Assembly (NCBI GenBank): GCA_949289005.1
Contig: CASEMQ010000067.1
Location: 128,365 to 192,364, forward strand
Source: an uncultured Lentisphaeraceae bacterium
GTDB lineage: Bacteria; Verrucomicrobiota; Kiritimatiellia; RFP12; DVOR01
Reading direction: 5' to 3'
DNA length: 64,000 nucleotides
Part shown: piece after piece, positions 60,904 to 64,000 of the stretch
Layout of the letters: each line of letters starts with the position of its first letter
Numbering within the stretch: position 1 is the stretch's first letter
Position numbers and translations under genes: made by a program
Notes under the pieces: model-generated
The model's database searches: none
Told to the model about the DNA's origin: nothing
Seen by the model: the letters and a program-made list of their open reading frames with translations, nothing else

Positions 60904-62727
60904 ATGGCAGACAAACCCGCAGCGTACACCGCCGACAGCATCAAGACGTTGGATCCTTTGGAGCACATTCGCCTGAGGACGGGGATGTACATCGGGCGGC
61001 GCGGGGATGGCACGCAGTATGACGACGGCATCTACATCCTGCTCAAGGAGGTGCTGGACAACGCGGTGGACGAATTCATCATGGGCTACGGCAAGCGCAT
61101 CGCGGTGCGGCTGGATTACGCGACGGGCGAGGTGGCCGTGCGCGACTATGGCCGCGGCATCCCGCTTGAGAAGGTGGTCGACTGCGTGAGCAAGATGAAC
61201 ACGGGCGGCAAATACAGCGACGACGTCTTCCAATTCTCCGTGGGCATGAACGGCGTGGGCACCAAGGCGGTGAACGCCCTCTCCGAGCGCTTCACCGTGC
61301 GCGCCACGCGCGAGGGGCGCTTCGTGGAGGCGACCTTTGTGCGTGGCAAGCTGCAGGCGCGGCGCGAGGGCGAGACCAAGGAGCGCAACGGCACCTTCAT
61401 GGCCTTTTTGCCAGACGCCCAGATTTTCCCGAAGTTCGCCTTCCGCGAAGAGCACGTCTTGCGGCGCATGCGGATGTATGCCTACCTGAACGCGGGGCTG
61501 GCCATCGAGCTGAACGGCGAACGTATCCAATCCGAGAACGGCCTGCTCGACCTAATCAACGCCGAGGCCGGCGAAGAGCAGCTCTACGGCCCCTTCCACT
61601 TCCGCTCGAAGATGCTCGAGGTGGCCTTCACCCACTCCAACCACATGGGCGAGGACTACTACAGCTTCGTGAACGGCCAATACACCAACGAGGGCGGCAC
61701 CCACCTCACCGCCTTCAAGGAGGGCTTCCTGCGCGGCGTCCAAGAGTTCTCCAAGAAGCGCTACGAGGGCGATGTCGCGCGCGACGGCATCATCGCCGCC
61801 ATCGCCATCCGCCTCAAGGATCCCGCCTTCGAGGGGCAGACCAAGAACAAACTCGGCAACCCCGAGGTTCGCGCCGCCCTCGTCGGCGAGGTCAAGAAAA
61901 TCGTCGAGGACGAACTCCACCGCCACCCCGAGGACGCCCAGCGCCTCCTCAACAAAATCGACGAGACCGCGAAAATCCGCGCCGCCAGCAAGGACCTCCA
62001 GAAGACCGTCCGCGAGCGCGCCAAGCAAAGCGCCGTCCGCGTCGAGGAGCTTATCGACTGCAAGCGCCACCTCGACAAGGCCAAGGGCAAGGGCGAGGAC
62101 ACCATGATCTTTCTTGTCGAGGGCAAGTCCGCCGGCGGCACCGTCGGCACCGCCCGCGACACTCAGACCCAGGCCGTCTTCAAACTCCGCGGCAAGCCCC
62201 TCAACGTCTGCGACCTCAAGCGCGACGCCATCTACAAGAACAAGGAGTTCTACGACCTCGTCAAGTCCCTGGGCATCGAGCAATCGCCCGACACCCTCCG
62301 CTACGGCAAGGTCATCCTCGCCACCGATGCCGACGTCGACGGCCTGCACATCCGCAACCTCCTCATCACCTTCTTCCTCCGCTTCTTCGACCACATCATC
62401 AAGGACGGCCGCCTCTTCATCCTCGAGACGCCCCTCTTCCGCGTCCGCAACGCCAAGCAATCCTTCTATTGCTACGACGACGCCGAGCGCGAGGCCGCCA
62501 TCAATGCCTGCGGCCCCAAGGCCGAGATTACCCGCTTCAAGGGCCTCGGCGAAATCAACGCCAAGGAATTCAAGGACTTCATCGGCGAGGGCATCCGCCT
62601 CACCCCCGTCAACGTCCACAACGACACCCGCGTCTGGGACACCGTCCGCTTCCTCATGGGCGCCAACACCCCCGAGCGCCGCCGCTACATCTTCCGCAAC
62701 CTCTTCGTCGACAACACCGACTTCTGA
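60904..62727 (+). CDS. parE: Type IIA topoisomerase ATPase subunit B (ParE/GyrB family, short 607-aa form)
   Basis: GHKL ATPase motifs LEHIRLRTGMYIG, EVLDNAVDE and GLHHLV-type. TOPRIM region EGKSAGG and DADVDGLHI. Confidence 0.8.
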   Translation: MADKPAAYTADSIKTLDPLEHIRLRTGMYIGRRGDGTQYDDGIYILLKEVLDNAVDEFIMGYGKRIAVRLDYATGEVAVRDYGRGIPLEKVVDCVSKMNTGGKYSDDVFQFSVGMNGVGTKAVNALSERFTVRATREGRFVEATFVRGKLQARREGETKERNGTFMAFLPDAQIFPKFAFREEHVLRRMRMYAYLNAGLAIELNGERIQSENGLLDLINAEAGEEQLYGPFHFRSKMLEVAFTHSNHMGEDYYSFVNGQYTNEGGTHLTAFKEGFLRGVQEFSKKRYEGDVARDGIIAAIAIRLKDPAFEGQTKNKLGNPEVRAALVGEVKKIVEDELHRHPEDAQRLLNKIDETAKIRAASKDLQKTVRERAKQSAVRVEELIDCKRHLDKAKGKGEDTMIFLVEGKSAGGTVGTARDTQTQAVFKLRGKPLNVCDLKRDAIYKNKEFYDLVKSLGIEQSPDTLRYGKVILATDADVDGLHIRNLLITFFLRFFDHIIKDGRLFILETPLFRVRNAKQSFYCYDDAEREAAINACGPKAEITRFKGLGEINAKEFKDFIGEGIRLTPVNVHNDTRVWDTVRFLMGANTPERRRYIFRNLFVDNTDF

Positions 62728-62784
62728 CGAACTGTGCTATAATGCACCCACAACTTTCACCCCAACAACAGGGAAGGACATCAC

Positions 62785-64000
62785 ATGGACAAAATGACAT
62801 TGCGTGACGTGGACCTCGCCGGCAAGCGCGTGGTCATGCGCGTGGACTTCAATGTGCCGATGAAAGACGGCGTCATCAAAGACGACACCCGCATCCAGGG
62901 CGCCCTCGGCTCCATCAAGTACGTGCTCGACAACGGCGGCTCCCTCGTCCTCATGAGCCACCTCGGCCGCCCCAAAGGCAAAGGCTACGAACCCGAGTTC
63001 TCCCTCAAGCCCGTCGCCGAATACCTCGCCAAGTGCCTCGGCAAGCCCGTCGCCTTCGCGCCCGACTGCCTCAAGGCCGCCGACCAGGCCGCCGCCCTCA
63101 AGCCCGGCGAGGTCCTCATGCTCGAGAACACCCGCTTCTACAAAGAGGAGACCGCCAAGGTCAAAAAGACCGACGACATGACCGACGAGCAGGTCAAGGC
63201 CGCCAAGGCCGAGCTCAAGGCCAAATGCGAGGAGATGGCCAAGGTTCTCGCCTCCTACGGCGACATCTACTGCAACGACGCCTTCGGCGCCGCCCACCGC
63301 GCCCACGCCTCCACCGCCGTCATCGCCAAGTACGCCCCCGTCGCCGTCTCCGGCTTCCTGCTGGAAAAGGAAATCCAATACCTCGGCTCCGCCGTCGAAA
63401 ACCCCGTCCGCCCCTTCGTCGCCATCCTCGGCGGCGCCAAGGTCTCCGACAAACTCGCCGTGGTGAAGAACCTCCTCACCAAGGTCGACACCCTCATCAT
63501 CGGCGGCGGCATGGCCTATACCTTCCTCAAGGCCCAGGGCAAGCAGATCGGCAACTCCCTCTGCGAGGATGACCAGCTCGGCTACGCCAACGACATGCTC
63601 GCCCTCGCCAAGGAGCGCGGCGTGAAGTTCCTGCTCCCCGTGGACAGCATCGCCGCCGACAAGTTCGCCCCCGATGCCAACACCCAGGTCGTCACCGAGA
63701 TCCCCGATGGCTGGATGGGCCTGGACATCGGCCCCGAGTCCGTCAAGCGCTTCGCCGAGGCCCTCCAAGGCGCCAAGACCGTCGTCTGGAACGGCCCGAT
63801 GGGCTGCTTCGAGATGCCCGCCTTCGCCAAAGGCACCTTCGGCGTCTGCGAGGCCGTCGCCCAGGTCAAGGCCAACGGCGGCATCTCCATCATCGGCGGC
63901 GGCGATTCCGTCAGCGCCGTCAAGAAATCCGGCCTCGCCGACAAGATGAGCCACATCTCCACCGGCGGCGGCGCCTCCCTCGAATACCTCGAAGGCAAGG
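62785..64000 (+). CDS. pgk: Phosphoglycerate kinase. The 3' end runs off the window.
   Basis: [10 protein letters not shown]...SHLGRPKG...[13 protein letters not shown] are PGK signatures. Confidence 0.85.
   Translation, partial: MDKMTLRDVDLAGKRVVMRVDFNVPMKDGVIKDDTRIQGALGSIKYVLDNGGSLVLMSHLGRPKGKGYEPEFSLKPVAEYLAKCLGKPVAFAPDCLKAADQAAALKPGEVLMLENTRFYKEETAKVKKTDDMTDEQVKAAKAELKAKCEEMAKVLASYGDIYCNDAFGAAHRAHASTAVIAKYAPVAVSGFLLEKEIQYLGSAVENPVRPFVAILGGAKVSDKLAVVKNLLTKVDTLIIGGGMAYTFLKAQGKQIGNSLCEDDQLGYANDMLALAKERGVKFLLPVDSIAADKFAPDANTQVVTEIPDGWMGLDIGPESVKRFAEALQGAKTVVWNGPMGCFEMPAFAKGTFGVCEAVAQVKANGGISIIGGGDSVSAVKKSGLADKMSHISTGGGASLEYLEGK

Noticed and set aside
1-64000. CRISPR arrays, tRNA/rRNA genes, integrases, transposases, toxin-antitoxin pairs and canonical defence islands
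   Set aside because: I scanned the intergenic regions and ORF translations. There are no short direct-repeat/spacer arrays and no cloverleaf-like tRNA candidates in the gaps. There are no recombinase or transposase motifs and no restriction-modification, Abi, CBASS or retron hallmarks. SbcCD is the housekeeping nuclease, not a defence SMC such as JetC or LmuB.

Overview
This window is a GC-rich (roughly two-thirds G+C), densely coding chromosomal segment with few mobile features. Two proteins end in PEP-CTERM sorting signals (381..1019 and 59862..60515), so the host uses exosortase. Together with the signal-peptide-bearing glycan-degrading enzymes (sialidase, GH2, GH3, GH20, heparinase II/III) this suggests a Verrucomicrobia-, Kiritimatiellae- or Lentisphaerae-like glycan degrader; that taxonomy is inference only.

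The content is mostly housekeeping: the SbcCD nuclease, hisC-hisB-hisA plus a separate hisI, dnaB, bamA-skp, dnaG, dnaE, a ParE/GyrB-family topoisomerase, HU, PFOR, class II fructose-bisphosphate aldolase, ilvC, folC, rluA and pgk. These are interleaved with the secreted enzymes, two tandem Tat-exported metallophosphoesterases, an orphan radical SAM/SPASM enzyme, and a NirA-like siroheme reductase.

The most striking feature that is not a gene is a family of four near-identical intergenic elements, each about 170-190 bp, in both orientations. Each carries a conserved ~40-nt 5' block followed by long palindromes; one copy has a perfect 24-bp stem. This looks like a previously uncharacterised interspersed repeat or small structured-RNA family.

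I saw no CRISPR array, no tRNA or rRNA, no integrase or transposase, and no recognisable defence operon. Because the DNA is so GC-rich, every real gene is shadowed by long antisense ORFs, some over 1000 aa, which I treat as artefacts. Several true starts lie well inside the listed ORFs. All protein calls rest on motifs I can read in the translations; no database search was run.
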